Shown piece by piece: positions 61,147 to 64,000 of a DNA stretch of 64,000 nucleotides. A program made the translations under genes and the position numbers. The stretch is from Auanema rhodensis (lineage: Eukaryota; Animalia; Nematoda). The stretch covers positions 13,950,001-14,014,000 of the forward strand of contig OZ059897.1 of the NCBI GenBank assembly GCA_964057225.1, in the 5' to 3' direction. Under the pieces are notes generated by a model. That model had not been told where the DNA came from. It did no database searches and was given only the letters and a program-made list of their open reading frames with translations. Every line of letters begins with the position of its first letter. The first letter of the stretch is position 1.

Positions 61147-64000
61147 ATGACGGCTTCTGGACCTGACGGTTCTTCTGTCAAGAAGCGCGCTTCAACTGGG
61201 TCAACATCCTCAGGGCAACCTGACAATGACGGTGGTCGTAGCGAAAAAATGGGATTATTTGGAGCAATTTCTTACATCGTTGGTAATATTGTTGGATCGG
61301 GAATATTCATTACCCCTGGTTCAATTTTAAGTCAAGTCCATTCTGTAAGTCACATGAGCATTTGCACTTTCTGTGTTCTGCTAAAAATCGAAAACGGTAT
61401 CAGTTTTTTTGATAACGATGCATATATCTTCAATAGAACATGAACAAATGTCATTAATGATCTGCAGTAATGCGTTCAATCTGTTCGCACCACCACAGGG
61501 TGCCTGTTCATCAAACTTTTCTTTTGGGGAGCGTTTCTAATTTTCAAAGGAAACCATCATTGATTACGTAATTGTGATGAACAAATACTGGCTGTTTTGC
61601 GCTATACCCCGGATTTGAAAGTGTGGGGGGGGGGGGAATACTGCAAAACAGTCCAACGCTCTTCTGAACTATGATTTATGTTCTCTTCCTTCTATTCTGA
61701 AAATATGCGGAATATAATTTAAGGTTGGACTTTCTATGATAGTATGGATATTAGCAGCACTAATATCGATGTTGGGTAGTTTTTGCTATGTTGAATTAGG
61801 CACATCAATTAGAGTATCTGGTGGAGATTTCGCATACTTATGTTTCATGAAATGGTTTGATAAAAGAACATTGAAAATAATCTAGAGAATATCGTTCAGG
61901 TATCCCATTGCTTTTGCGTTCATGTCCATTGGATGCACAATAAACTATCCAGCAACGTTAGCTATCCAAGCTCAAACATTCTCCGAATATATTTTCAATG
62001 TACTCATATGCATTATATTCGTATACATTATATATTTTCACTTTCAAGGCGTTTGATGTTGAAATGGATGATAGTTCAGAATACTGGGCAAAAAAGCTTC
62101 TAGGATTCTCTCTAATCTGTAAGAAATTTATATAAACGTGAAAGATAAAAGGATATCAAAACTCTAGGGCTTCTTCTGTTCATGAACTTTTTCTCATTGA
62201 AAACGTTCGTCTCGCGATTCCAAATTGTTGTAATTTTTGCTAAAATAGCTGCTACTGGTTTAGTAATTGGAATAGGGTTCTATTACTTGATTTTCAAAGG
62301 TACGAATATTAGATGTATTCTGCATTTCAAAACAAAAATAAATCAGGTGATGTCGAGAATATAAAACAACCTTTTCACGGGACAACATTCACAATTGGAA
62401 CGTTCGTAAATGCTCTTTTTGCTGGTCTGTTCTCGTATGATGGTTGGGATATTCTCAATTTTGGTGCAGAAGAAATTGATAAACCAAAGAGGTATTTGAT
62501 TTAGCTTTTCCTGCATAATACTTTATTTCAGAACAATGCCATTGGCTATTGTTATTGGTATGGTGTGCATTGCCATTATATATGCCGCTGTTAACTTTGC
62601 ATACTTCATTGTTCTACCTGTATCGGTTATTGAGAGCAGTCCGGCAGTAGCTATGGTTAAATTTTTAATAAATTGTTTGAACAAATAAATTAATTTCAGG
62701 AGTTAGCCAAGCAAACTCTTGGAAAAGCAGCATTCATTATGCCAGTATTCGTTGCTCTTCTTCTTATTGGATCCCTCAATAGTACTATGTTCTCTGCTAG
62801 CAGGTATTTAAATGCTTCAAACTCCTTCAATAATATAAAAATGTGATGGAAAAGAGAAACGTAACAGAAAATAAGAAGTAAACATAATAATATATTACGT
62901 TTAAACCTAGGTGGACACGTGGTAGAAAATTGATAGCATATTTATCAACATGGAAAAGAGAAACATGAATATGGTTGATTGAAATCTTGAACAAAATTAT
63001 TAGCAGGGGAAGAATATAGGACCATAAAACTATCCCTGGAAACAGCCATTGGAAATCAACCGATCTGCATCCGACCAACATCGGAAATGAGAACGATGTC
63101 TGCGTCGAAAAGTAGCACTTGAATCCACAGAAAAATTATTATCGTTTTAATATTTGAATATAAGTTCCAACAAAGAGCATCTTATTTTTTGCAGATATCT
63201 GCAAGCTGTTGCAAAACAAGGTCATTTACCGTCAGCTATTAGTGGTCTAAATCCCATATGTGACTCCCCTCGAGTGGCGCTTTGTCTTCATGTAGATAAT
63301 TGAAAAGTAACATTATAATATTTATATTATATTTAGGTTTTGATTTCTATGGCTATCTCTTTTACTGGAAACCTTGATAATCTTATTAATTATGTTTCTT
63401 TTGCTCAATGGTCTCAACGTGCTATTACTATGATTATCGTCATGTATATAAAAATAAGGTATCTTATAGTATAAGAATATTGTGGAAATTTAAACTGTAG
63501 GCACGTACCAGTTCATCCAGATGGAATTAAAATGCCTTTCGTGATGCCAATGTTATTCTGCTTTGTATGTTCATCATTGGTGAGTGATTAGGAAAATATA
63601 AACCCGAACTATTATTTTAGGTAATTATCACAATCATTGAAAGCTTCAGCGAAGCAGCAGTTGGATTAGGTAACAAATTATCTAAAAAACAGTACTAAAA
63701 AATTAACTTAGGGATTCTACTTGGCGGTCTTATTGTATACCTAATCTTTGTTTGGGAAAGAACACTCTCATCAGTAAAAGCCTATAAAAAATTAATGGGA
63801 AGCATTGATGGTTCGTTCAAAGATTAATGCCCAAAAAACTCCGAAATTTCAGATAGTACAACCAAGTTCGCACAAATGGTTTTCAACGTTATGCCTGAAA
63901 GGTGTAATGAAGAAGATGCATCTCGGGCCATCGGTCACGTTCCTTCAGAGTCTGTTAAACATTTGGATGAATTGTCTGATTGTCAATCAGAGGACGGATC
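61147..64000 (+). CDS. SLC7/LAT-type amino-acid transporter light chain (AAT family), 3' end beyond window
   Basis: Motifs IVGNIVGSGIFITP, CYVELGT..SGGDFAY, GLFSYDGWDILNFGAEEI, GSLNSTMFSASR and SPRVAL. Confidence 0.93.

Overview
AT-rich eukaryotic DNA with short (~40-50 nt) GT-AG introns and TTTCAG-type acceptors. It is almost certainly a clade V (rhabditid) nematode. Most long ORFs in the supplied track are artefacts; the real genes are spliced, and I assembled them by hand from splice sites, so boundaries are best estimates. In order, the window holds: a TA-flanked Tc1/mariner-type MITE; two tiny spliced genes (a basic 60-aa protein and a 90-aa secreted prepropeptide); alpha-1,3-fucosyltransferase (fut-1-like); a membrane-anchored mucin with two PSTTTT arrays; an astacin-EGF-CUB-ShK metalloprotease; a small single-pass membrane protein; ~15 kb of largely non-coding DNA containing a let-7-family (miR-84-like) pre-miRNA hairpin; RhoGAP rga-9 with two alternative 3' ends; the mevalonate-PP decarboxylase / men-1 / jmjd-2 / hmg-1.1 cluster; pro-1 (WDR18/IPI3); an SXP/RAL-2 (DUF148)-like secreted protein; and an SLC7/AAT transporter running off the end. 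The best leads are the let-7-family miRNA with a candidate self-targeting site downstream, and a GC-rich, multiply-folding RNA element inside hmg-1.1 intron 2. Orthology calls come from recalled motifs and sequences, not from a database search.
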